DNA of 64,000 nucleotides. Origin: an uncultured Candidatus Saccharibacteria bacterium (GTDB lineage Bacteria > Patescibacteriota > Saccharimonadia > CAILAD01 > JADZBC01). Positions 18,359 through 29,035 of this stretch are shown piece by piece (positions within the stretch are counted from its first letter, which is position 1; every line of letters starts with the position of its first letter). The position numbers and the translations under genes were made by a program. The DNA lies in the NCBI GenBank assembly GCA_964413715.1, contig CAYPSN010000002.1, positions 850 through 64,849 of the forward strand, given 5' to 3'. The notes under the pieces are model-generated. The model was given only the letters and a program-made list of their open reading frames with translations. It was not told the DNA's origin and did no database searches.

Positions 18359-19270
18359 ATGTTTAATGACTACATGGCTGATTTTTTGGAATACATGGAA
18401 GTAGAACGCGGGCGCAGCGTTAAGACGATAGAAAACTACGCCCACTACTTGAATCGCTTCGATGAATTCGCTGGCGAAATTAAGGTTGAAAAGATCACGC
18501 TCGATACTATTAGCAAGTGGCGCCAATGGTTGAACCGCTACGTTACCGACGACGGTCGCAGTATTAGCCGCACCACCCAAAACTACCATCTAATAGCTAT
18601 GCGAAGTTTTCTGCGCTACCTGGTGAAGCGGGACGTTAAAAGTCTGAGCCCCGACAAGATAGAGCTCGCTCAAGCCAAACGACCACAGGTGAGCTTTCTG
18701 GATAAAGATGAGGTACATAGGCTCATGGAGGCAGTAAAAACCGACACCATGACTGGCCTGCGTGATAAAGCAATCCTAGCCATGCTATTCTCCACTGGCC
18801 TGCGCGTGTCAGAACTAGTAGCACTCAATCGCGACAGCGTTAACTTGGATCGCGGCGAGTTTAGCGTACGCGGTAAAGGGCAAAAGGATCGGCCAGTCTA
18901 CTTGAGCGAATCGGCCGCGTTAATCCTTAGTTACTATCTGGAAGCCCGCCACGACGAGTACGATCCGCTCTTCATCCACTTTAGCGGCACCAAAAGCAAC
19001 CTCGAAGGTGGCGAATACACACGCCTAACTACCCGTAGCATTCAGCGCATTGTAGAAAAATATACGAAGCTCGCTGGCATTACCAAACACGTTACGCCCC
19101 ACACCCTGCGCCACAGCTTTGCCACTGACCTGCTTATGAATGGCGCCGACATCCGCAGCGTGCAAGGGCTATTGGGCCACTCCAACATATCCACAACGCA
19201 AGTGTATACCCACATTACCGACCCGCACCTAAAGGACGTGCACAAGAAGTTTCATTCGGACAACAGTTAA
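18359..19270 (+). CDS. XerC/XerD-family tyrosine recombinase
   Basis: STGLRVSEL, HVTPHTLRHSFAT, LLGHSNISTTQVYTH. Confidence 0.93.
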   Translation: MFNDYMADFLEYMEVERGRSVKTIENYAHYLNRFDEFAGEIKVEKITLDTISKWRQWLNRYVTDDGRSISRTTQNYHLIAMRSFLRYLVKRDVKSLSPDKIELAQAKRPQVSFLDKDEVHRLMEAVKTDTMTGLRDKAILAMLFSTGLRVSELVALNRDSVNLDRGEFSVRGKGQKDRPVYLSESAALILSYYLEARHDEYDPLFIHFSGTKSNLEGGEYTRLTTRSIQRIVEKYTKLAGITKHVTPHTLRHSFATDLLMNGADIRSVQGLLGHSNISTTQVYTHITDPHLKDVHKKFHSDNS

Positions 19271-19273
19271 AGG

Positions 19274-20338
19274 CTAGCTCCCGCTTTCGCAGCTACTATC
19301 ATTTTTACCGTCTCCACCTGCTACTGGCTTGTATTGATCATTCACCTGTAATGATTTGCAGATATTCTTTCCAGAAAACAGTACATTGCCATCGAGAAAA
19401 TCGAACGTGGAAGTCGGACTAAGATCTTTTGTGGCGATAACTCGCCTATAGAGGTTATTCGCCCTAGCTGTAACATCAATTTTGGCGTAAGGAAGTGGAA
19501 TTTCTAACTGCTTGCCATTGGCATCATAAAATTTTAGCCTTACGCGCGAAGAGTTATATCGCGGCGTCACCTTCACAACCAGATTACTAACTGCATCTAG
19601 ATTGGTAACCGTTTTAATACTAATTTTTTGGGCTGTCTTAGTACGACAAAAATATCCATCGGAGTAAGCTGTATCTGGATCACTACTGCATTCCGTCGCG
19701 ATAGGGCCAGATGTGCCGCCAGGTTTGGTAAGATACTTATTGATCTTGAAACCATAGTCACCATTGGCGTCATTCACTGGAGTGATCGGAGCACCGTCCC
19801 ACCACACAAAAGTTGATTCAATCGCGGCTGCAGTTTGCCCATTGCCGTCGCTCGCAGGCCATCCTGTCAAAGAAAAGAAGTCTGTGGCGGGCACCGTTGA
19901 CCATTCCATAGACATTGAGGCTATTGGGGTGGCTAAATTGGTTAGCTCGAGCCTCATCGAGCGGTCGCGGTCTAATTCCTTCTCAGCATAATCACCCTTG
20001 CCAGCACTTACCGAGTAGCAGGTAATCTCAATATTCTCAGTCTGCTTCAGTGTATCGTCGGTCTGGCAGCTGTCTATAAACTTAAAATTAGATGAAGATA
20101 TTTTGTTACCGAGTTTCTGCACATAAGATTCGGCTGCAGTAAGTGCCCTATTCGATTGCTCAGTGTTACTTGCCTGGCGCAGCTCGCGCACAGAGAGTGT
20201 CGTAAGACCGCCGACAACTCCAAGCAAAAGGACAGCTAACACGACTGTTACGAGTAGTGACGCTCCACCCTTCTGTTTGCGCAATAACTTTATCATACTC
20301 CTTATGCTATCAGATGTAGCGTATCGTGTTAATGCCAT
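19274..20338 (-). CDS. PilX-like minor pilin
   Basis: QKGGASLLVTVVLAV...ALTAAES prepilin-like N-terminus lacking E5. Confidence 0.75.
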   Translation of the reverse strand: MALTRYATSDSIRSMIKLLRKQKGGASLLVTVVLAVLLLGVVGGLTTLSVRELRQASNTEQSNRALTAAESYVQKLGNKISSSNFKFIDSCQTDDTLKQTENIEITCYSVSAGKGDYAEKELDRDRSMRLELTNLATPIASMSMEWSTVPATDFFSLTGWPASDGNGQTAAAIESTFVWWDGAPITPVNDANGDYGFKINKYLTKPGGTSGPIATECSSDPDTAYSDGYFCRTKTAQKISIKTVTNLDAVSNLVVKVTPRYNSSRVRLKFYDANGKQLEIPLPYAKIDVTARANNLYRRVIATKDLSPTSTFDFLDGNVLFSGKNICKSLQVNDQYKPVAGGDGKNDSSCESGS

Positions 20339-20916
20339 TATTCATAACCCCGCAAGAAATATGTTGACTGCAGCTTAAAGGCATTACTAAATTGACGCGC
20401 CCTAGGAGTCGCTTCTGTACCGACACTCTTTTCAATCAAGACCCTAATAGACTGAGACTCTACCTCGCCTTGCAAATACTGATTTAGCTCAAAGCTTTTA
20501 ACGCTCGTCAAAATTACTGAGTCGCCGGACTGCACGGTGAATGTTTGTAAGTAAACAATACAGCCCTGCAGCATATCCGAACCTGACACTTTTCTCGTCC
20601 GAAGATTACTCGTGACTGATTGTGCGGCATCTTTGTAATACACCACGCCTCCTGCAGTGCCACCTTCAAGACACAACACAGCTTGATTGGTATCCGACTT
20701 AACAGCTGACTTTTTTGCAGAACGAATGTCGGCACCAATCTGTTCCATAGTCCGCCTGACCTGCTGCTGGTTGTCTCGACTCACGTTAGCCTGATTGTAT
20801 ATTGCTACGGCGTTTAAAAACCCCGATACGGCAACTATCAGCATAACGCTAAACCCAGCCATTGCGAATATGAGCTCAATGAGTGTAAAACCGCGCTCCT
20901 TTCGTACTCCCAACAT
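20338..20916 (-). CDS. PilW-like minor pilin
   Basis: RGFTLIELIFAM N-methylation motif; start ATG 20916. Confidence 0.8.
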   Translation of the reverse strand: MLGVRKERGFTLIELIFAMAGFSVMLIVAVSGFLNAVAIYNQANVSRDNQQQVRRTMEQIGADIRSAKKSAVKSDTNQAVLCLEGGTAGGVVYYKDAAQSVTSNLRTRKVSGSDMLQGCIVYLQTFTVQSGDSVILTSVKSFELNQYLQGEVESQSIRVLIEKSVGTEATPRARQFSNAFKLQSTYFLRGYE

Positions 20917-21422
20917 CAGTCGTCCTCCGTAATCGTCATAAGCTGAGTGGTTGAATTCAAAGTGGTTGAACCAAGTGATCGCCACGTGACTGTTATCTTT
21001 AATTCGATTGATTTTGCATCGGCTGCAGCTGGTCCGGTTTGGGTAATTGCGACTAGTGCCGATGGAAGAATCAGAGATAGCCCCCCTGCCCCACCTTCGC
21101 CAGATTTGACTTCCCATGTTTGTTGGCTATTTGCATCTTGCTGAACTGGCGCCATATGTACAGTCTTTTGGCCACCCGAAGCATCAGTAAAATTTTCTTT
21201 AAAACTCTGCCAGTCAGCAGCATCAACAACCTTCTTATAGGCCCTGAGTGCTTCGGCCTGTTCATTGGCAATTGCCGACGCCTGAGTGCGCTCTCCTGCA
21301 ACACGTGATGTGCGCCATGCATTCACCGCCCCACTAGTCATAACGGTTAAAATTGTTGCCAATATTGCCAATGCAAAGACTACCTCAATGAGAGTATCAC
21401 CACGCCTTAATTTAGCCATCAC
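20916..21422 (-). CDS. PilV-like minor pilin
   Basis: RGDTLIEVVFALAI. Confidence 0.8.
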   Translation of the reverse strand: MMAKLRRGDTLIEVVFALAILATILTVMTSGAVNAWRTSRVAGERTQASAIANEQAEALRAYKKVVDAADWQSFKENFTDASGGQKTVHMAPVQQDANSQQTWEVKSGEGGAGGLSLILPSALVAITQTGPAAADAKSIELKITVTWRSLGSTTLNSTTQLMTITEDD

Positions 21423-22054
21423 TGCTTCAACTCCATTGCCCCAGTAGCAGTATTCACTTCAATTGTCGCTTTATAGTCAGCCTTTGAGCCCTCGAAGCTT
21501 ATTACAACAACCCCCGTTTGCGAAGCCGTATATTTGTCAGCATTCGCAACATCGCCGACAAAATCCGACGAAGCAAAAAAGTATGGTAAAGCGCTAGTTG
21601 ACCCAGTCAGATTAACAAAATTCAGAGTGCCTTTCGTGCCACTCCCTGCTAGAGTTTGAAAGCCAGTAATCTTTATACCTGCGGGCAGATTTACCTTTAC
21701 ACCATTAATATCTGATTTTTGAATTACGTTGCGGTCAGCAGCACCCTCTCCCGACCTAACCAGCCAGTAGTTAGTGTAGGCTACAGTTGGGGCTTCACCT
21801 TCAAAAACAATACCCTTACCCACTAATTCTTTGCCTGCAAGATTCTGAGCTGGGGCTTGCCCACTGCTTGCCTCGTTCTGTACTTGTCGGAAGTTATTAA
21901 GTACTTGGCGCATGCCATCGTCAAACTGTGCCCTGCCACTGTTTGCCACGCCATTAATCGCTAGAACTATCATAAAACCAGCGATTGCCACGACCAAAAT
22001 GACCTCGACGAGGCCTATCCCCCTTTGCCTATTTTTGGGAAGTTTTATAGGCAT
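21419..22054 (-). CDS. FimT/FimU-like minor pilin
   Basis: RGIGLVEVILVVAIAG. Confidence 0.78.
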   Translation of the reverse strand: MPIKLPKNRQRGIGLVEVILVVAIAGFMIVLAINGVANSGRAQFDDGMRQVLNNFRQVQNEASSGQAPAQNLAGKELVGKGIVFEGEAPTVAYTNYWLVRSGEGAADRNVIQKSDINGVKVNLPAGIKITGFQTLAGSGTKGTLNFVNLTGSTSALPYFFASSDFVGDVANADKYTASQTGVVVISFEGSKADYKATIEVNTATGAMELKQ

Positions 22055-22108
22055 AAATACATAAATCCTTATGCTTTATTATACCACTTATGCTGAGCCA
22101 GAACGAAA

Positions 22109-22879
22109 CTATACACCAAGATACATATTTATGAGTGCTTCACCTAAAAATAGACCTATAAAGGTGCCGAGGATTAAGAATGGGCCAAGAGGAATAACGT
22201 CTTTACGATTTTTTAACCTGAGCCCCAATAGTGCTAAGGCTGTGATTGCAGCTATGTTAAAACTAAAGAAAATTGCCACCACAAGCTGCTGGGGGCTCAA
22301 CAATAAGCCCATCAGGAATGCCAACCGTATATCACCATCACCAATCCATGTGCCTTTGGAAAAAAACCACAATGCCCCAAAGAATAGCGCGAACACCAAA
22401 GCGCCCACCGCCCTAGCTGCCAATACCGGCTGGCCAAAGTAGCTGTTCGCTAGTAGCAAGTAGCCTACTGCCAAAACTATCGCTGGGATCATAAATCTGT
22501 CAGGCAAAAGCATCCAGCGCAAATCATATACGAATGATGCCATGAGCAAGCTGGCAATTACCAACCAAAACACGAGTGTAATACGGCCAAGGCTGGTAAC
22601 GTTACTGCCGAACTTTGCATACAACAATGCAAACATAGCAGCGGTGCCAAGCTCTACCATTGGGTACTGCGCAGAAATCGTCTTGCCGCACTTACGGCAC
22701 TTACCCTTTTGCAGCACGTAGCTTAAAACAGGTATCAGCTCGTACCACGCAAGCGTTTTGTGGCACTTGGGGCATTCGGAGCGGCCGGTTACAAAGCTCT
22801 TCTTATTATGAGTGCGGAAGATTAATACATTTAGGAAGCTACCAATCAACAACCCCAATATGGCCATAAACAACCACAT
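22109..22879 (-). CDS. pilD: Prepilin peptidase
   Basis: GSFLNV, RSECPKC, CRKC, DLRWMLLPD, GDGDIRL, PLGPFL. Confidence 0.94.
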   Translation of the reverse strand: MWLFMAILGLLIGSFLNVLIFRTHNKKSFVTGRSECPKCHKTLAWYELIPVLSYVLQKGKCRKCGKTISAQYPMVELGTAAMFALLYAKFGSNVTSLGRITLVFWLVIASLLMASFVYDLRWMLLPDRFMIPAIVLAVGYLLLANSYFGQPVLAARAVGALVFALFFGALWFFSKGTWIGDGDIRLAFLMGLLLSPQQLVVAIFFSFNIAAITALALLGLRLKNRKDVIPLGPFLILGTFIGLFLGEALINMYLGV

Positions 22880-23340
22880 TATGGAGTGTATTTATATATA
22901 CCGCTTTCGAGACACGTTTCTAAGCGATAGGACGTTGGATTAGCTGCGTCATTGACTATATAGCCCACATAAGTCGGGAAGCAGAAGTTATTCGGTAACG
23001 GAGTCGTCCTGTATAGTACAAAGTAGGTTTTTCCTGTCGTTGGATCTTTGAATTTATCATTTGCGATATAGCCCTTGGTATATAGATCACCAGGAGCACT
23101 GCTGTCAGCATTTGCTCCAGTTTGGAAAAAATCCTGACTTCCAGGGAGTTTACCGTTATTATTAGCTGCGTACTGCTCAATGGCTGTTGCCAACTTTTGT
23201 GTGTCTGCTCTGCGAGTAGTATCTCTTGCACTACGCTGCGCGCCACTAACTGCAATAAACACCGCAGCCGTAATGAGTGAAGCAATACCTAGAACCATGA
23301 TTATTTCTACTAGTGTAAAGCCTTTATTCTTATGCTTCAT
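22879..23340 (-). CDS. Type IV pilin
   Basis: KGFTLVEIIMVLGI...QRSARDTTR. Confidence 0.88.
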   Translation of the reverse strand: MKHKNKGFTLVEIIMVLGIASLITAAVFIAVSGAQRSARDTTRRADTQKLATAIEQYAANNNGKLPGSQDFFQTGANADSSAPGDLYTKGYIANDKFKDPTTGKTYFVLYRTTPLPNNFCFPTYVGYIVNDAANPTSYRLETCLESGIYKYTP

Positions 23341-23370
23341 GAATACAGTTTAATTCAGTTGACTAAGTTC

Positions 23371-23410
23371 TGCAAATCAAAAACACCCGTTCGGGTGTTT
23401 TTGATTTGCA
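23371..23410 (-). terminator. Terminator after the probable major pilin
   Basis: TGCAAATCAAAAACACCCG/CGGGTGTTTTTGATTTGCA long perfect inverted repeat. Confidence 0.85.
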
Positions 23411-23424
23411 TATATCTTAAATCG

Positions 23425-23901
23425 TTAGTTGCTAATGCACACCGGACCATTTTTAGTTTCTGACCAGTAGCTGACTGCGACCTGTGTGTCTGAACCGTTG
23501 GCATAAGCTTTGCCGTCATTTGTTGCAACAGCCCCTGAAGCAGGAGTCGATAGACAAGTCCCTTTTGCAACGTAGTACCAAGTTTTAGATGCTACATCAG
23601 ATCCGTTTGTAGCTACAGCCGTTGCTGCAGAAAATGTGACTGGCTGAGAACGCCCATCTTTAATATTAACCACATACTGGTTCATATCTCCAGATGCAGT
23701 AGGTGCCTTGTTTGAATTATCTCCTAAATATGCAGTATAAGCAGCAACGACTTTGCCTGCTGCGTCCTTACTTGCTTGATCACGCTGAGCGCGTTGAGCA
23801 CCGCCGACTGCTAAGAACACAATCACGAGTATCAAAGCAGCGATTGCCAAGACAATTACGATTTCGATAAGTGTGAAACCTTTTTTCTTAAGAGCTAACA
23901 T
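23425..23901 (-). CDS. Type IV pilin (probable major pilin)
   Basis: KGFTLIEIVIVLAIAALI; AAGGAG SD and its own terminator. Confidence 0.88.
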   Translation of the reverse strand: MLALKKKGFTLIEIVIVLAIAALILVIVFLAVGGAQRAQRDQASKDAAGKVVAAYTAYLGDNSNKAPTASGDMNQYVVNIKDGRSQPVTFSAATAVATNGSDVASKTWYYVAKGTCLSTPASGAVATNDGKAYANGSDTQVAVSYWSETKNGPVCISN

Positions 23902-23978
23902 TTTATAAGTTCTCCTTTTGTAATATTACCTAAAACTCTTATGCTTAGATTAGTTGATTTACCCATGCCAGTCAAGAG

Positions 23979-25226
23979 CTACTTGGTCTGAGTGCTACTT
24001 GCTGGATTGGTATCTATCCCACCGCCAACCAGGCTATACACTGGCAACAATATGGCAGCAATCATAAAGAATACCAAACCGCCAAGTACGACCATCATAA
24101 CCGGCTCAATGATTGTAGAGAGGTTCTTAACAGTCTGGTCAACTTCGTCTTCGTAAAAGTTTGCAACCTTGTCCAGCATATCGCCCAAGGTGCCCGAGTC
24201 TTCACCAATGCGAATCATTTGAGGAACGAGTGGCAAAATGTATTTATGCCCCGTTAGCGTGGCCGACAGAGCTTTACCGCCCTTTACCTGCTGTGCGGCA
24301 CCATCAATGATGTTTTTGATAATCACATTGTTCACCGCGTCCGAAGTAATGCTCATAGCTTCGAGAACCGGCACACCGCTTGCCACCAGTGAACCTAAGG
24401 TGCGGGTAAAGCGCGCCATGTAGACTTTCTGGAATAGCTTACCAAAAACTGGCGCGTTCAATTTGATTTTATCGAGAGTTTTGCGGCCGGGTTTAGACTG
24501 CACATAGGCTCGTGCCCCAAACACAGACGCAACTAGCACTAGCAACGTAAGCCACCAGTAGGTGATGACAAAATTGGACACTCCTAAAAGAATGCTTGTG
24601 TAAATAGGCAACTCCTTGCCAAGGTCTTTGTACAATCCTGTTACTTGAGGCAGTACTGAAACCAACATAAAGCCGATGACCGCTAGAATCACCACCAACA
24701 CAAGTGCTGGGTAGATGAGAGCGCCACGGACTTTAGAGGCAATGGCGAGCTCTTTTTCTTGCTGGTTGGCGAGTCGTTCTAACGCCGAATCAAGCGTACC
24801 AGACGCCTCCCCGGCTTTTACAAGGCTTATGTAGGTGTGGTTAAAAACCTGCGGGTATTTATCAAAGGAGTCAGCCAAACTATTACCGCCCTCTACCGAA
24901 GCCACGACTTTTTGCAAAATGTCCTTAAACTTTTCACTACTTACTTGATCAACTGCAGTAGCAAGCGCCTGCGTAATGGGCAAACCGGCCTTAATAAGCG
25001 TAGACAGCTGCCGAGTAAAGATAACCCTGTCACGAGCCTTGACCTTTTCTACACTCGATAGGTCTATACCGAAAAGAGTGCCCTTTTTAGCCGGCGTAAT
25101 CTTTACAGGAACTAGTTGTTTTTGCATTAACAAATCAGCTGCAGCCGATTCATTGTCGGCCTGGATGTTGCCTTTTATGGTAGAGCCAGAGGCCTGATCG
25201 CGAGCGGTATAAATATAATCAATCAC
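23979..25226 (-). CDS. pilC: Type IV pilus platform protein PilC (T2SS F family)
   Basis: FTRQLSTLIKAG, GEASGTLD, GEDSGTL, IIEP. Confidence 0.94.
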   Translation of the reverse strand: MIDYIYTARDQASGSTIKGNIQADNESAAADLLMQKQLVPVKITPAKKGTLFGIDLSSVEKVKARDRVIFTRQLSTLIKAGLPITQALATAVDQVSSEKFKDILQKVVASVEGGNSLADSFDKYPQVFNHTYISLVKAGEASGTLDSALERLANQQEKELAIASKVRGALIYPALVLVVILAVIGFMLVSVLPQVTGLYKDLGKELPIYTSILLGVSNFVITYWWLTLLVLVASVFGARAYVQSKPGRKTLDKIKLNAPVFGKLFQKVYMARFTRTLGSLVASGVPVLEAMSITSDAVNNVIIKNIIDGAAQQVKGGKALSATLTGHKYILPLVPQMIRIGEDSGTLGDMLDKVANFYEDEVDQTVKNLSTIIEPVMMVVLGGLVFFMIAAILLPVYSLVGGGIDTNPASSTQTK

Positions 25227-25228
25227 GG

Positions 25229-26299
25229 CTAGCCCCTCATTAAGCGGTCAAGTTCTGATAAATCAATGGCGTAGTTTTTGGCCTCTTCATAGCTAATCTT
25301 GCCTGCTCGAATCAGCGAGATGAGTGTGCGATCCATGGTTTGCATGCCGTATTCAGCGCCGGTTTGAATCGCGGCGTCCAGCTGGTGAGTTTTTGCATCA
25401 CGAATGATGTTACGTACCGCCGAAGTAGCCACCATTATTTCGGTAGCCGCCACACGACCACCACCCACCATAGGAATAAGCCGCTGTGCCACAATTGCCT
25501 GCAATATGCCAGCCAGCTGCACACGCACTTGTTGCTGTTGATATGGCGGGAAGACGTCTATGATACGGTCGATCGTTTGAGCAGCGTTATTGGTGTGCAA
25601 CGTAGCCAATACTAAGTGGCCAGTTTCGGCAATGGTAATAGCAGCCGCAATGGTTTCGAGATCGCGCATTTCACCAATCAGTACTACGTCTGGATCTTCA
25701 CGCAAAGCCGAACGCAAAGCTGGCGTAAAACCATTGGTATCAAAGTGGACTTCGCGTTGCACTACAATTGATTTTTTGTGATGGTGCTCGTATTCAATCG
25801 GGTCTTCGATGGTAACAATGTGAAGTGATTTGTTGGTATTGATAAGGTCCACCATGGCCGCCAAAGTGGTCGACTTACCAGAGCCAGTTGGCCCGGTCAC
25901 CAGCACTAAACCACGTGGAAAATTCGTAAAGGTATTGACCACCTGTGGCATGCCGAGCTCTTCGAGCGTACGGATTTTCGTGGGGATCAAACGCAACGCT
26001 ACAGCCAAATTACCCTTTTCATGAAAGGCATTTACCCTAAAGCGACCTTTGTTGCCAAAGGCAAATGAAAAGTCTAGCTCGCGGTCTTTAACAAGAATCT
26101 TCTTCTGCTCTTCATCAAGCAGTGAATAAGCTAGTGCCTCAACGTCTTCTCTCTTCAGGGCAGGCGTTTCGGGTACCGGCTGCAAAGCACCATCCACACG
26201 CAACATCGGCGGCAGCCCAACTTGCAAATGCAAATCAGACGCGTCGCGTCGAATAACTTCTTCTAGAAATGGTTCGATCCTCATCTGGGTCGATTCCAT
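25229..26299 (-). CDS. pilT: Twitching motility retraction ATPase PilT
   Basis: GPTGSGKSTT, TIEDPIE, ALREDPD, AETGHLV, GMQTMD. Confidence 0.96.
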   Translation of the reverse strand: MESTQMRIEPFLEEVIRRDASDLHLQVGLPPMLRVDGALQPVPETPALKREDVEALAYSLLDEEQKKILVKDRELDFSFAFGNKGRFRVNAFHEKGNLAVALRLIPTKIRTLEELGMPQVVNTFTNFPRGLVLVTGPTGSGKSTTLAAMVDLINTNKSLHIVTIEDPIEYEHHHKKSIVVQREVHFDTNGFTPALRSALREDPDVVLIGEMRDLETIAAAITIAETGHLVLATLHTNNAAQTIDRIIDVFPPYQQQQVRVQLAGILQAIVAQRLIPMVGGGRVAATEIMVATSAVRNIIRDAKTHQLDAAIQTGAEYGMQTMDRTLISLIRAGKISYEEAKNYAIDLSELDRLMRG

Positions 26300-26308
26300 C
26301 CGCCCTCC

Positions 26309-28117
26309 TTAATAATCACTGGCAACTCTCGATACTTCTTCGATAGTCGTAATACCCATCAGCACCTTCAATATGCCATCTTGCTGCATGGTCAACATGC
26401 CATCAGCTTGCGCTTGTTTTTGAATATCCGCAGTAGTCGCGTGACTCAACAGAAGCTTCTCCATGGCCGAGTTCATTTCGAACACTTCATAGATGCCAGT
26501 TCTGCCCTTGTAGCCATCAGCACACTGCGTGCAGCCCTCCCCCTTGTACAAAGTATAAGCTTTTTCGTTATAGATTGGCAAATTGTCATAGCCTAATTCT
26601 TCGGCTTTGGCAGCCGACTCAGACTCGCTTTTGGGTAGCACTGCGCCAAGCGAGCGATTGATCATTTGCGTAGCGGCTTCGCTCGACTCGAATGGCTTTT
26701 TGCAATTGTCGCAAACTTTGCGCACCAAGCGCTGGCCAATTACCGTATTGATAGTGGAAGCGATCAGGAATGGCTCGATTTCCATGTCTAACATACGCGG
26801 CAGAACGCCCGAAGCCGAATTGGTGTGCAGCGTAGAAAGCACCACGTGGCCCGTGAGCGATGCCTGTACTGCCAAATCAGCGGTTTCATGATCACGGATC
26901 TCACCCACCATAATCACGTTCGGGTCTTGACGCAAAATCGAACGTAAGCCCGAAGCAAACGTTAGGCCGACGGCTGTATTAACTTGGATTTGATTGATAC
27001 CTTCCATTTTGTATTCAACCGGGTCTTCGAGCGTTACGATGTTGATGGCAACATCTTTGATCTCCTGAATGACTGCATATAGCGTGGTCGACTTACCCGA
27101 TCCGGTCGGCCCCGTGGAAAGGATCATACCGTGTGGCTTTTTCATACCCTGCTCAATGAGCTTGAGCGAACGACCCTTAAACCCAAGACTATCGAGTGAC
27201 ATGAGTGCTTCGCTCTTGTCTAGCAAACGAATAACCACCTGCTCGCCATACGTAATAGGTGCAATTGCGATACGCAAATCCACCTCTCTACCCCCCACCT
27301 TATACTGCGCCTGACCGTCTTGCGGTATGCGGTGTTCGTCAATTTTTAAATTCGATAGGATTTTGATACGCGAAATCAGCGGTGGCTCGGTAGTTTTTGG
27401 CAACGTCATGGCGTCTTGCAAGATACCGTCGATGCGAAAACGGATTTTGAGTTCCTGCTCTCTTGGCTCGATGTGAATATCTGAAGCCTTTGAATTGATG
27501 GCGTATTCCAAGATTGCATTCAGAGCACGCGTAATCGGCGCGTCTTGGACTAAGTTTTCTACCTCTTTGGCGGTGTCCTTAAACGACTTGGCTTTGCTTT
27601 CTTTATCATCAGTCGCGGCCTGCTTGGCAGTCGCAGCCTGCGCTTGGTCCAACACTTGCGCCACCTCGGCACCAAGTCCTTCGGTGTAATTACCTAGCAC
27701 CGCATCAATTTGCGGCTTGGTCGTCATATATGTTTCGAGGCTATAGCCGGTTTTGCGAGAAATAAAATCAACGGCTTGTAGATTCGATGGGTCCACCATC
27801 GCCACGGCCAACTTATTACCGGCTTTAATCTCAAATGGCACAGCCATATAGGTAGCGGCTACGTCACGAGGCAGAAGCTTGAGCACCTTTTGGTCGATCT
27901 GGCGATCTTTTAAGTCCACGAAAGGCGTGCCCGAGGTAAGGGCAATAATCTTCGTACTATCCTCATCACTAATTAACTTCCGCTCCACGAGTACCTCTAT
28001 CAGGGTTCGGCCCTTGGTTTCTGCCTCTTTTTTGGCATCCAAAAACAGCCGATCATCGATAAGCTTATTGTCGGCGATCAGTTTTTCGATCTTCTGTGCT
28101 GTGTCGCTAGAAAGCAC
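26309..28117 (-). CDS. pilB: Pilus assembly ATPase PilB (GspE family)
   Basis: ASDIHIEP, GPTGSGKSTT, LRQDPN, Zn-binding CxxC, GYKGRTGIYE. Confidence 0.95.
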   Translation of the reverse strand: MLSSDTAQKIEKLIADNKLIDDRLFLDAKKEAETKGRTLIEVLVERKLISDEDSTKIIALTSGTPFVDLKDRQIDQKVLKLLPRDVAATYMAVPFEIKAGNKLAVAMVDPSNLQAVDFISRKTGYSLETYMTTKPQIDAVLGNYTEGLGAEVAQVLDQAQAATAKQAATDDKESKAKSFKDTAKEVENLVQDAPITRALNAILEYAINSKASDIHIEPREQELKIRFRIDGILQDAMTLPKTTEPPLISRIKILSNLKIDEHRIPQDGQAQYKVGGREVDLRIAIAPITYGEQVVIRLLDKSEALMSLDSLGFKGRSLKLIEQGMKKPHGMILSTGPTGSGKSTTLYAVIQEIKDVAINIVTLEDPVEYKMEGINQIQVNTAVGLTFASGLRSILRQDPNVIMVGEIRDHETADLAVQASLTGHVVLSTLHTNSASGVLPRMLDMEIEPFLIASTINTVIGQRLVRKVCDNCKKPFESSEAATQMINRSLGAVLPKSESESAAKAEELGYDNLPIYNEKAYTLYKGEGCTQCADGYKGRTGIYEVFEMNSAMEKLLLSHATTADIQKQAQADGMLTMQQDGILKVLMGITTIEEVSRVASDY

Positions 28118-28130
28118 CGGCTTATCCCCT

Positions 28131-28370
28131 TTACTGGATTATTGGTTTGGCGGCGGAATCAGTTGGTGTAATGTCTGGTGTAAAGTCAGTGACGTTATTC
28201 TTGAGCGTATCAAGCTGCTGTTGGTTAAAAGTTGCTTGCACCGGCCGCGGCACTACCACCTGCACACCATTGTCTTTTGCCGGCGGCACGAAGTAGCGGT
28301 AAATCAACGCGCCTGCGATGAGCAGTATTACCACACTGACTACCAATGTTATGATGTCTCGCTTTTTCAT
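28131..28370 (-). CDS. Small single-TM protein in the PilP position
   Basis: Coupled to pilO; one TM segment. Confidence 0.7.
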   Translation of the reverse strand: MKKRDIITLVVSVVILLIAGALIYRYFVPPAKDNGVQVVVPRPVQATFNQQQLDTLKNNVTDFTPDITPTDSAAKPIIQ

Positions 28371-29035
28371 TGTAGTGGCTCCGTTTTACTCGAAATGTCA
28401 GCGGGTGGCTGCCAATACGTTTTCATACTCAAACTTGCCGTAACGGTACCGGAATTGCCCGACAACGTCATGTTTGTAAAGTTCATGACTCTTGCTGAGC
28501 GTTCGGTGTTTTGTAGGAAGGTAAATATTTTGTCATAGGGTCCTTCAAGATTGACTGAAAAGCCAAGCGTTTGGGCGCCGCTCGCCGACGCAGTTGCACT
28601 CGCTGCTGCAGAAGTACTTTGGCTAACAGACGTAACCTTTACGCCACTTTCAAGGCCTATTCTCTCAAGTGAAGCAATTAAGCTTTTGTAGTCTTCGTTG
28701 GTTGGTACAGCTCTGAGCACTAAATCGGCATCGCTAATTCCGCCATCGGCTTTTTGGGTAATGTTGGCATAAGCTGACTTCAAAGCCTCGAGGTCCGTCT
28801 GTTTTTGCTTAAGCAGTGAGATTTGCTTATCCTGAGCCTTAACCTCGTTAGCACCCCGCACATATGATTTACCGAGAGAATAGATGAAGTAACCACCGAT
28901 TATGACCGCAGCTGCCGACACTATTCCCATTACGGCTAGGAAGTTTTTGGTGTCCATCTTCTGCTGCATCGAAACTGGGGTTTTGGGATGCTCAACGGCT
29001 TTCGGTGCTACACTGGGTTTTTCTTGAGGGCTCAT
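28367..29035 (-). CDS. pilO: PilO-like protein
   Basis: TM plus coiled coil; GPYDKIFTFLQNTERSAR; operon position. Confidence 0.82.
   Translation of the reverse strand: MSPQEKPSVAPKAVEHPKTPVSMQQKMDTKNFLAVMGIVSAAAVIIGGYFIYSLGKSYVRGANEVKAQDKQISLLKQKQTDLEALKSAYANITQKADGGISDADLVLRAVPTNEDYKSLIASLERIGLESGVKVTSVSQSTSAAASATASASGAQTLGFSVNLEGPYDKIFTFLQNTERSARVMNFTNMTLSGNSGTVTASLSMKTYWQPPADISSKTEPLQ

Noticed and set aside
18359-19270. Tyrosine recombinase as an island integrase or pilin invertase
   Set aside because: Length and motifs fit the housekeeping Xer; no att, dif or inverted sites found nearby
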